Shown here one piece after another: positions 56,541-64,000 of a stretch of 64,000 bases of DNA. Source of the stretch: an uncultured virus (IMG/VR IMGVR_UViG_3300007734_000750). Its lineage: Duplodnaviria; Heunggongvirae; Uroviricota; Caudoviricetes. Location: IMG/VR virus record IMGVR_UViG_3300007734_000750. One strand, written 5' to 3'. The position numbers and the translations under genes are program-made. Every line of letters starts with the position of its first letter. Positions within the stretch are counted from its first letter, which is position 1. The notes under the pieces were generated by a model, which saw nothing but the letters and a program-made list of their open reading frames with translations, made no database searches and was not told where the DNA came from.

Positions 56541-56623
56541 GCTTCCGTCGCATAGAGGTTGATTGCACCTGATTTGTAATCAGGAACCGAAAGGTCACGT
56601 TGGTTCGAATCCAACCGGAAGCT
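56541..56623 (+). tRNA. tRNA-Thr(TGT) with long variable arm
   Basis: GCTTCCG/CGGAAGC, U73; CCTGA-TTTGTAA-TCAGG; ACC-GAAA-GGT arm. Confidence 0.82.
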
Positions 56624-56842
56624 CAATTGAGATAGAGATACTCAATAGATTTGGCATCGTTACTTAAATAATGATGTAGCTGGTGCTCCAAACGGTTTTA
56701 TAGAGGGAGTCGTCGGGAAAACGGCAAGAGAACCATCTTGACCTCCGAGTATATGGTTGACTTTTAAGCGGTAAGACGCGTTGGGTTTTGAAGAGAAAAA
56801 CTGTGAATATCTACACCAAAATAATCTCATTGGTGGAAACAC

Positions 56843-56927
56843 ATCCGGGTGGTGGAATGGTATACACGCTAGACTTAAAATCTAGTTTTCTGAAGAGAAA
56901 TTGAGGGTTCAAGTCCCTTTCCGGATA
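56843..56927 (+). tRNA. tRNA-Leu(TAA)
   Basis: CTAGA-CTTAAAA-TCTAG; long variable arm. Confidence 0.9.
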
Positions 56928-56998
56928 CTGAGTAATATTTACAATTATGAAAAACAACCAACCCAACTCCACATAGTTTTAGCTATTAGCTAAAATTT

Positions 56999-57229
56999 AT
57001 GACTCAGAAATTGAGAATTTGGAGAGTAGTTCCCGTTAATAACGGTGTTCAGGCTCCCACGTTTTTCGTAGAAACTACGGAAGACGGACGTGAGAAGGCA
57101 GAAGAATCTGCAATGAGACAAGCAAGATTAAAATCAGGTTTGTCTAAGTTTAAGGAATGGAAATTCCGATTGGAGAAACTCTCTGTGAGGGTTGATAAAT
57201 TTGGTAGGTATGTGAAACACCACCAATAA
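56999..57229 (+). CDS. small basic hypothetical protein
   Basis: ORF in tRNA cluster. Confidence 0.6.
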   Translation: MTQKLRIWRVVPVNNGVQAPTFFVETTEDGREKAEESAMRQARLKSGLSKFKEWKFRLEKLSVRVDKFGRYVKHHQ

Positions 57230-57268
57230 GTTGACATATGTTTGTGGGTTCATTAAAAACCCATAATT

Positions 57269-57340
57269 GGTCTCGTAGCTCAAAGGTGGAGCAGTTCGCT
57301 CATAACGAAAAGGATGGGATATCGTGATTCCCCGAGACCA
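57269..57340 (+). tRNA. tRNA(CAT), probably Ile2 (lysidine type) or Met
   Basis: GGTCTCG/CGAGACC; loop CTCATAA; atypical T-loop. Confidence 0.75.
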
Positions 57341-57511
57341 CAACAACATCCAATGAAAGTTGGGGGTTTTTATTTACAACAAAATAAATCATCCTTATAT
57401 TTATAACTGAAACCTTGTTGCTGAGGTTCTCGTGTCCACAGAGGCATTTGAGTTGGAATTGATACCAACGAAGAGAAGTTCAATAAACATAAAAAATAAA
57501 ATAAGGAAATT

Positions 57512-58384
57512 ATGTATTACCAAACAAAAACAGGTACGCCTTGTGCGTACATCTCAAAAGACAGAAAACGTCTTAAACAATTTGGACAAACTGTCTATCT
57601 AAACAACGGGGACGAATTCCAATTGGAATTATTCAACCCATCATCAACCACAGTATTAGCGAAAATCAAACTTGACGGAAGTTATATCTCCGGAGGAGGA
57701 ATTGTTCTTAAACCGGGACAAAGAGTATTTCTTGAGAGATACCTTGACGACCCACGTAAATTTAAGTTTGAAACTTATGAGGTTGACGGAACATCAAATG
57801 AGGTATTGGATGCCATCGCCGGAAATGGGGATGTTGTTATTGACTTCTTTGATGAATATAAACAACCGGTGTGGAATAACCCTATAACTTATGTTGGTGG
57901 TTCATTTGGTGGGTCAATTCATACATACTACAATAACCCGTTTAACATAAATGGTTCAACAACAACCACAAATGGTAATGTATCATTTACATCGTCAAAT
58001 AATACTGCGGGTGTTAATTTTAATACTACATCAATAAGTAATACTTTTGAGGGACCAAACAAAAGAGATTTTTTAAGAAGTGAAACATCAAGATTAAAAA
58101 AATCTAAACCTCGTAGTGAAGTTACTATGGATTCTTTAATAGAAAATAGTGAAAATTCTATTGAAACCGGTAGAGTTGAAAAAGGTGGTTCATCTGACCA
58201 ATCATTTAAAACTGTTGATAAAACTTTTAACCATTACACTTGTTCAACATCTATATGGAAAATTCTTCCGGTATCACAACAAGTTTTTGAGAAACAGGAT
58301 TTAAAAGTGTATTGTTCTAACTGTGGAAAAAAAAGAAAAAAAGATTCCGATAAATTTTGTTCTTCTTGTGGGAACAAATTCTAA
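57512..58384 (+). CDS. hypothetical protein with beta-rich N-domain and C-terminal zinc ribbon
   Basis: CSNCG...FCSSCG; own promoter and terminator. Confidence 0.8.
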   Translation: MYYQTKTGTPCAYISKDRKRLKQFGQTVYLNNGDEFQLELFNPSSTTVLAKIKLDGSYISGGGIVLKPGQRVFLERYLDDPRKFKFETYEVDGTSNEVLDAIAGNGDVVIDFFDEYKQPVWNNPITYVGGSFGGSIHTYYNNPFNINGSTTTTNGNVSFTSSNNTAGVNFNTTSISNTFEGPNKRDFLRSETSRLKKSKPRSEVTMDSLIENSENSIETGRVEKGGSSDQSFKTVDKTFNHYTCSTSIWKILPVSQQVFEKQDLKVYCSNCGKKRKKDSDKFCSSCGNKF

Positions 58385-58486
58385 AAAATAAACAAATAAC
58401 AAGGTTTCAAAATAAATCCATCATTTTTTTCGTGATGGATTTTTTTATTCCAATAATTTGTTTATCTTTGTATAAAATTAAATAAA

Positions 58487-58957
58487 ATGGAAAATAATAT
58501 GAAACCCCCCTGTAGAATATATCTTGATGATGTAAGAACTCCGACTGGCGATAATTGGATTGTTGTAAGAAATTACGATGAATTTGTTGTGGAAGTTAAT
58601 AAAATTGGGTTGGAGAATATTGATATAATTTCTTTGGACCACGATTTAGGTGATACTGCAATGAAAGAATATTTTGATAATGTTTCACCAAATTATACTT
58701 TGGATTACAGTAATATTCACGAAAAAACCGGTTATGATGCTATTAAATTTTTGGTATCATTATTTCACAATACAAATGAAGAGAGATTTAATATGACAAG
58801 AAGTGAGAGAAAGGCTAATAAATTTGTGTTCCCAATTGTGTATGTTCATTCTGCCAATCCAATCGGGGCGGGAAATATAATGGGTTTTTGTAACAATTTT
58901 TTAATGAACGAGGGTCAAGCGCAAACTTGTGTAAGAGTCCGAATACCACACGTATAA
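58487..58957 (+). CDS. cyclic-phosphate-processing receiver-like domain protein
   Basis: IYLDDVRTP, ISLDHDLG, TGYD, VHSANPIG. Confidence 0.75.
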   Translation: MENNMKPPCRIYLDDVRTPTGDNWIVVRNYDEFVVEVNKIGLENIDIISLDHDLGDTAMKEYFDNVSPNYTLDYSNIHEKTGYDAIKFLVSLFHNTNEERFNMTRSERKANKFVFPIVYVHSANPIGAGNIMGFCNNFLMNEGQAQTCVRVRIPHV

Positions 58958-59466
58958 TGAATATATTTTTCTTAGATGAGAATCCGACTTTGTCGGCAAA
59001 ATACCACGTAGATAAACACGTAGTTAAAATGATTTTGGAAACGGCTCAGTTATTGTGTTCGGTTCATCACACGACCCCCCAAGTTGGCACCCAAGTTACC
59101 CCCCAAGTACCCTACAAGTTGTCACATAAAAATCATCCTTGTGCGGTGTGGGCTCGTCAGAGTTTATCAAATTATTTGTATTTGTGTGAGTTGGGATTGG
59201 AATTGGGTAAAGAATATACCCACAGGTATGGTAAGAAACATAAATCAATTGAGGTGATTGAATGGTGTATTGTAAATAGACCTAACATTCCGGACATTGG
59301 TTTTACCACTCCGGCGAGAGCGATGCCGGATGAGTTTAAGGTAGATTCTGTTGTGGAATCTTATAGAAATTATTATATGGGGGCTAAAATTAATTTAGCT
59401 TCTTGGAAAAACAGAGAAAAACCTTTTTGGTTTGGAAAAAAAGAATTAGATTTGCAGTATGATTAA
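58957..59466 (+). CDS. pyrimidine-dimer DNA glycosylase-like protein
   Basis: MNIFFLD, DKHVVKMILETAQLL, HKNHPC..W, EYTHRYGKKH. Confidence 0.75.
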   Translation: MNIFFLDENPTLSAKYHVDKHVVKMILETAQLLCSVHHTTPQVGTQVTPQVPYKLSHKNHPCAVWARQSLSNYLYLCELGLELGKEYTHRYGKKHKSIEVIEWCIVNRPNIPDIGFTTPARAMPDEFKVDSVVESYRNYYMGAKINLASWKNREKPFWFGKKELDLQYD

Positions 59467-60109
59467 GATAGATAAAGATAGAAAGGTATGGATTATATCC
59501 GACACTCACTTTGGACATAAGAATATATGTAGAGGAGTGACCGAATGGCGTCTTCCTGATGGAAGTGTTCCAATATCTCAAACAAGAGATTTTAATACAA
59601 TAGAACAGATGAACGAAACAATCGTCAATAACATTAATAGTGTTGTTGGGCAAGACGATGTGTTAATTCATCTTGGGGATTTTAGCTTCGGGGGTTTTGA
59701 AAACATCCAAAAGTTCAGAGATAGAATTTTGTGTAAAGAGATTCACCTTATATTGGGAAATCACGATACAAGCATAGAAAAAAATAGAGAGAATGTACAA
59801 GAATTATTTACAAGTGTTAGTCACTACACAAAATTGATGTATAAATTTAAAACATTTGTTTTATTTCACTATCCTGTAACGAGTTGGGATGGATTAAATA
59901 AAGGACATATCCAACTTCACGGGCACGTACATCTCCCAACAAATTTAAGGTTTGGTAAAGGTAAAAAAATGGACGTTGGTATGGATGGTCACCCAACATT
60001 TGGCGTGTATGATATTGATGATATTATACGAATAATGGATAAACGTGAGATTGCGTCGGATATGTTATTTGACCACCATACGGATGAATTAAAGGGTGTT
60101 GTTGGGTAA
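59459..60109 (+). CDS. calcineurin-like phosphoesterase
   Basis: SDTHFGH, HLGD, GNHD, HYP, HGHVH. Confidence 0.9.
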   Translation: MIKIDKDRKVWIISDTHFGHKNICRGVTEWRLPDGSVPISQTRDFNTIEQMNETIVNNINSVVGQDDVLIHLGDFSFGGFENIQKFRDRILCKEIHLILGNHDTSIEKNRENVQELFTSVSHYTKLMYKFKTFVLFHYPVTSWDGLNKGHIQLHGHVHLPTNLRFGKGKKMDVGMDGHPTFGVYDIDDIIRIMDKREIASDMLFDHHTDELKGVVG

Positions 60110-60718
60110 AAGGGGGATTTTATCCCTCTTTTCTAAATTGTCCCACCACCATAATGGTTGTAAATTAGTATAATGACAAAGTTTTTTTAATTCTTCATCA
60201 TTTTTTGCGGAAGATAGGGGGGTAATATGGTCAATATGCCAACCAAATTGTCCGTGATTTTCCCAAGACATTTCACCGGTAAATTTATTTTCTAAATGTA
60301 ATTTTAATTCTATTGGAGAACAACCAATTAAATCAAAAGTTTTTTCTTTTTTTGTTTTTAAAATTTTATGTATTTTTGACCTATAAAGAGTTTTTAATTT
60401 AAATACTGGGTCATTTTTTTTTCTTTCACGAAGAGCTTTATTTAATCTATCTTTATTTTTTCTAACCCACTCTAATTTTCTTAAACTAATTCTTTCTTTG
60501 TTTTCAGTCGCATATTTGGAGGTTCTTTTTGATATTTTTGTTTTATTATCCTCTCTATATTTTTTATCGTATTCTTTTCTAATATCTTTTCTATTGTTTT
60601 GATATAATTTAACACAAATTTTACAATTAGATACTTTACCTAATTTACCCTTACTTGAGTTATGAAATTCACATAATTCTTTTTCAATTTTACACTTAGT
60701 ACAAATCTTTGATTCCAT
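60089..60718 (-). CDS. HNH/EndoVII-like homing endonuclease
   Basis: N-terminal CxxC pairs; WHIDHITPLSS...LCHYTNLQPLW..DN. Confidence 0.85.
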   Translation of the reverse strand: MESKICTKCKIEKELCEFHNSSKGKLGKVSNCKICVKLYQNNRKDIRKEYDKKYREDNKTKISKRTSKYATENKERISLRKLEWVRKNKDRLNKALRERKKNDPVFKLKTLYRSKIHKILKTKKEKTFDLIGCSPIELKLHLENKFTGEMSWENHGQFGWHIDHITPLSSAKNDEELKKLCHYTNLQPLWWWDNLEKRDKIPLLPNNTL

Positions 60719-60851
60719 AATATTTTCTTAATAATTTTTCAATTAATTTTGATTTATTGGTTAAATCATCTTCCATTTTTTTGTTAATTTCCGGAGTTAA
60801 AGTTATGGATACTTTAACACGCTTGTCTTCTTCTTTTAATGTTGGTCTCAT
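60696..60851 (-). CDS. 51-aa ribbon-helix-helix-like protein
   Basis: own translation ...KRVKVSITLTPEINKKM...NKSKLIEKLLRKYY; TATTTAT upstream. Confidence 0.6.
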   Translation of the reverse strand: MRPTLKEEDKRVKVSITLTPEINKKMEDDLTNKSKLIEKLLRKYYGIKDLY

Positions 60852-60926
60852 ATATATAAATATACGGAAAAAATGTAAAATACTATTTTTATTAAAAAAA
60901 AATGTTTATCTTTGTAAAAAAATAAT

Positions 60927-61190
60927 ATGTTAAACACAAGAGTAGAAGACAACCACTTTAATGAAGATGATTCATTAATATCGTCACGGATTATAATTGA
61001 GGTTCCATTATCTCACGAAATGTTACAAGATTGTTATTCGTATGCAGCAATGGATGCACCATCTGAAATTAAAAGAATGTTGATGGAATTTCTTGGTGAT
61101 ACAATTGATGAAATCATTTTAGGTAAAAGACCTGATAATGTTGATGAACAATGGTTAAGAAGAAAACTAATAGAAGTAAAAGTAATATGA
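60927..61190 (+). CDS. hypothetical protein
   Basis: follows TATCTTTG. Confidence 0.65.
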   Translation: MLNTRVEDNHFNEDDSLISSRIIIEVPLSHEMLQDCYSYAAMDAPSEIKRMLMEFLGDTIDEIILGKRPDNVDEQWLRRKLIEVKVI

Positions 61191-61477
61191 GAATTAAACA
61201 AACAAAAAAAGATTTATTTGTGTGTTCCTGTCATAACACGGAACATCAAATGGTTGTCCTATATGATGAGGACGATATTGATGGTGTAAGATTTCCAATG
61301 GTTTATATTCACACACATTTGGTTAAACGCCCATTTTGGCAAAGAGTTGGTTATGGATTGAAATATATTTTTGGACATCAATCAAGATACGGAGCGTTTG
61401 ATGAGTTCATCATTAATCCTGATGACGTTGAAGGTATTGAAAAAATTGTTAAATATTTAAAAGAATGTGAATTATGA
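61187..61477 (+). CDS. conserved phage hypothetical protein
   Basis: CSCH..EH, FWQRV...KYIFG. Confidence 0.7.
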   Translation: MRIKQTKKDLFVCSCHNTEHQMVVLYDEDDIDGVRFPMVYIHTHLVKRPFWQRVGYGLKYIFGHQSRYGAFDEFIINPDDVEGIEKIVKYLKECEL

Positions 61478-61869
61478 AAGAGTTATTTTTATTGAGAGGA
61501 TTACCGGGAAGTGGTAAATCAACATTGGCAAAAATGTTAGTTGGTGATAAAGATTATTGTCACAAAGAGGCGGATATGTATTTTGTCGATAGGGATGGTA
61601 ACTACAAATTTGATGTTACATCATTAAGAGATGCTCACGCTTGGTGTCAAGAAGAAGTTGAGTTCCTTATGAAATACGAACATAAAGTTGTAGTATCAAA
61701 TACATTCACCCAAGAGTGGGAAATGACACCTTATTTTGAATTAGCGGAAAAATATGGTTACAGAGTTCATTCACTTATTGTAGAGAATAGACACGGAGGT
61801 GTTAATGTACACGGGGTTCCGGAAGATAAATTGGAAATAATGAAAAATCGTTTTGAAACGAAACTTTAA
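61474..61869 (+). CDS. P-loop kinase (AAA_33/polynucleotide kinase-like)
   Basis: RGLPGSGKST, EAD.YF, VSNTF, NVHGVP. Confidence 0.88.
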   Translation: MKELFLLRGLPGSGKSTLAKMLVGDKDYCHKEADMYFVDRDGNYKFDVTSLRDAHAWCQEEVEFLMKYEHKVVVSNTFTQEWEMTPYFELAEKYGYRVHSLIVENRHGGVNVHGVPEDKLEIMKNRFETKL

Positions 61870-61902
61870 TTCCATATCTTTGTCCCCTAAAATTATTTAA
61901 CT

Positions 61903-62232
61903 ATGAGCGGAGGAGCATTTGATTACAACCAATATAAGATTGGTTACATCGCAGACCAAATAGAGCAAACAATTATTAAGAATGGTCTTGAGAAAACACA
62001 AGAAGAACTTAAAAACGAAAGTTGGAGAGACGATTCTTGGTATGAAAAATACCCTGAGGACTTCTTCCATTACAAATACCCGGATGAGGTTATTGAGAAG
62101 ATGAAAGAGGCGGTTAAAGCTCTTCATATTGCTCAAGAATACGCTCAACGAGTGGATTGGTTATTATCAGGTGATGATGGTGAGGAATCATTCTTAAGTA
62201 GATTGGAAGAAAATTTGAAAAAAATAGAATAA
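61903..62232 (+). CDS. conserved phage hypothetical protein
   Basis: MSGGAFDY...VDWLLSGDDGEE. Confidence 0.75.
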   Translation: MSGGAFDYNQYKIGYIADQIEQTIIKNGLEKTQEELKNESWRDDSWYEKYPEDFFHYKYPDEVIEKMKEAVKALHIAQEYAQRVDWLLSGDDGEESFLSRLEENLKKIE

Positions 62233-62233
62233 G

Positions 62234-63259
62234 ATGTTAGAAAAACTAAACAAATATTACGAAGACGGGTTACTTTACAAACAAGTACATCCATACCTCC
62301 CATTAACCATATGGAACTATTCAGAAAAGTGCCAATATGAAAATCTTTGGGACGAAACTCTTTTGATGTGTAGAGGTTTAGTTACCGACCATACCGGAGA
62401 CATTGTTGCAAAACCTTTTGATAAATTCTTCAACATAGAGGAAGGAAAATTTGAACCAACTGAAAAGTTTGAGGTTTATGAAAAAATGGATGGCTCACTT
62501 TTAATAGTTTTTTGGTATGAGGGTCAATGGGTGGTTGCCACTCGTGGGTCATTTGGTTCAGACCAAGCAATTAAGGGTAGAGAATTACTTAAAAAATATA
62601 ACACCGACATAATGTTCAGACATCAGACTTTCTGCTTTGAAGTTCTCTATAAAAATAATCGTATAGTGGTAGATTACGGTGATTATGAAGGGTTAGTCCT
62701 ATTAGGAACCTTTGATAAGAATGGTAAAGAATATGATGTGGAAATGTGGAGAGAATACGGGTTTGATGTGGTTAAAAAATACGATGGTATCAATGACTAC
62801 AAACAACTAAAAGAAATGGTTAAAAACGACCAAGAGGGGTTCGTAGTGAAGTTCTCCAATGGGGATAGAGTCAAAGTTAAAGGTGCCGAGTATCTTCGTC
62901 TTCACAAAATAATGACCAACGTCACTACAACCGGAGTTTGGGAGTATTTAAAAAATGGTGAAGATGTTTTGGAATTATTAAAAGATGTTCCGGACGAATT
63001 TTATAAAAAAATTCAAAACTATGTTAAAGAATTAAGATATGGTTATTTTCAAATATCTGAAGATGCGGGTAAAAAGTTTGACGGTAAAATGTATGGTAAA
63101 TACAACGACAAAGAACCTATTGAAGATAGAAAAGAGTTTGCTGAGTGGGTATTAACCCAACCTAAACATATGTCAGGGATTCTATTCAGAATGTTTGATA
63201 AAAAAGATTACTCTGAAATCATATGGAACCTAATCAGACCGGAATTTAAAAAACTATAA
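62234..63259 (+). CDS. T4 Rnl1-like RNA ligase
   Basis: CRGLV, KFFN, EKMDGS (motif I), ATRGSF, FE, EGFVV, VKVK..EY. Confidence 0.9.
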   Translation: MLEKLNKYYEDGLLYKQVHPYLPLTIWNYSEKCQYENLWDETLLMCRGLVTDHTGDIVAKPFDKFFNIEEGKFEPTEKFEVYEKMDGSLLIVFWYEGQWVVATRGSFGSDQAIKGRELLKKYNTDIMFRHQTFCFEVLYKNNRIVVDYGDYEGLVLLGTFDKNGKEYDVEMWREYGFDVVKKYDGINDYKQLKEMVKNDQEGFVVKFSNGDRVKVKGAEYLRLHKIMTNVTTTGVWEYLKNGEDVLELLKDVPDEFYKKIQNYVKELRYGYFQISEDAGKKFDGKMYGKYNDKEPIEDRKEFAEWVLTQPKHMSGILFRMFDKKDYSEIIWNLIRPEFKKL

Positions 63260-63260
63260 T

Positions 63261-63288
63261 AAAGTGGGGGTAACACCTCACTTTTTTT
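63261..63288. terminator. terminator between convergent genes
   Basis: AAAGTGGGG-loop-CCTCACTTT with T-run. Confidence 0.7.
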
Positions 63289-63290
63289 AT

Positions 63291-64000
63291 TTAGTTATAT
63301 ACTCTTATTTCTATTGGAGTGTTTAGTAATATATCATTACTGAAAGTCCAAGTATATCCATCACCAGTACTTTGTGTATTTATTCTTAAACTTGAATCAC
63401 CAGTATAATAAAAACTATTTCTAAATGTTCCTTGACCATCTAAACTACCAAAATATAATTCAATAGTTAAATATGTTTTATTCCCAATAAATAATCCATT
63501 TGATGATACTACATAATTTCCAACATCATTATAACTAAACCAAATATTACCAATAGTGTTCTCTAATACAGTTGCTATTGGAGCACCTGTGTTGTAGGAA
63601 ACTTGATTTGGACCAGTATTAGATTTATCCCATTTTACAACAGAACTAGTTGCTATAAAACTAGTACCAACATTATTGTTTGGAGCTCCATTTGGAATAA
63701 AATCGGTTGCTGTATTTTCTGTTATAGTATAGGTAACTCCAATAGTTAATGTATTCGGATTGTCATCCCAGTTTATATATTGAATGTTATCCCCCCCACT
63801 TTGTGTTAATAAGGCTGTGAATACTTTGTAAGCTGTGGTTGCTGACGGAACATAAAATCCTGTAACATTAAATGTTCCTCCTGTATTATTTGTGAATACT
63901 GTGGTTCCGGAAGAATAAGTTCCACCTGTAACAAATATATCAGTTATTTCGGTGGTTTCATTAACTAAAATAAATAAATCATTTGTTGTTAATGCCGATG
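63291..64000 (-). CDS. 3' part of a Gly/Thr-rich putative tail/structural protein (runs off window)
   Basis: own translation VTGGTYSSGTTVFTNNTGGTFNVTGF, YKVFTALLTQSG ... PIEIRVYN*. Confidence 0.7.
   Translation of the reverse strand, partial: SALTTNDLFILVNETTEITDIFVTGGTYSSGTTVFTNNTGGTFNVTGFYVPSATTAYKVFTALLTQSGGDNIQYINWDDNPNTLTIGVTYTITENTATDFIPNGAPNNNVGTSFIATSSVVKWDKSNTGPNQVSYNTGAPIATVLENTIGNIWFSYNDVGNYVVSSNGLFIGNKTYLTIELYFGSLDGQGTFRNSFYYTGDSSLRINTQSTGDGYTWTFSNDILLNTPIEIRVYN

Noticed and set aside
50542..57349. Short ORFs listed over the tRNA cluster (e.g. 50730, 51129, 53340, 55418, 55847, 56060, 56423, 56660, 57134)
   Set aside because: Shadows of GC-rich RNA genes, mostly antisense.
1..64000. 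Stop-codon reassignment
   Set aside because: Conserved genes (dnaK, thyA, clpP, ligase) are full length in the standard code, and no CTA/TCA suppressor tRNA was seen.

Overview
An AT-rich 64-kb segment that reads as part of a large lytic tailed phage of a Bacteroidota host, probably Flavobacteriia. Evidence: dense short ORFs, many TAnnTTTG host-type promoters, a T9SS-sorted protein, and a second TATTTAT motif upstream of probable late genes. Recognisable genes include clpP, thyA, dnaK, an FKBP PPIase, a cytidylyltransferase, RmlC, a catalytic-domain-only AsnRS-like protein, a GH19 endolysin, five free-standing endonucleases, an RNA-repair set (Rnl1 ligase, P-loop kinase, phosphoesterases, HAD proteins) and a cohesin/dockerin/CsgG surface-protein cluster. 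A cluster at 49.8-57.3 kb holds 26 tRNA genes covering all 20 amino acids, interleaved with unexplained structured RNAs. The most striking feature is a cas-less CRISPR-like array (36-bp repeats, exactly 30-bp unique spacers) lying in frame inside a protein-coding gene at 7877-8176. Other candidates: leader-peptide/terminator/boxA cassettes before the tRNA operons, a shared N-terminal peptide on late proteins, a stand-alone MqsA-like N-domain, and an mRNA whose two ends pair. All family calls are by eye from motifs; no searches were run.
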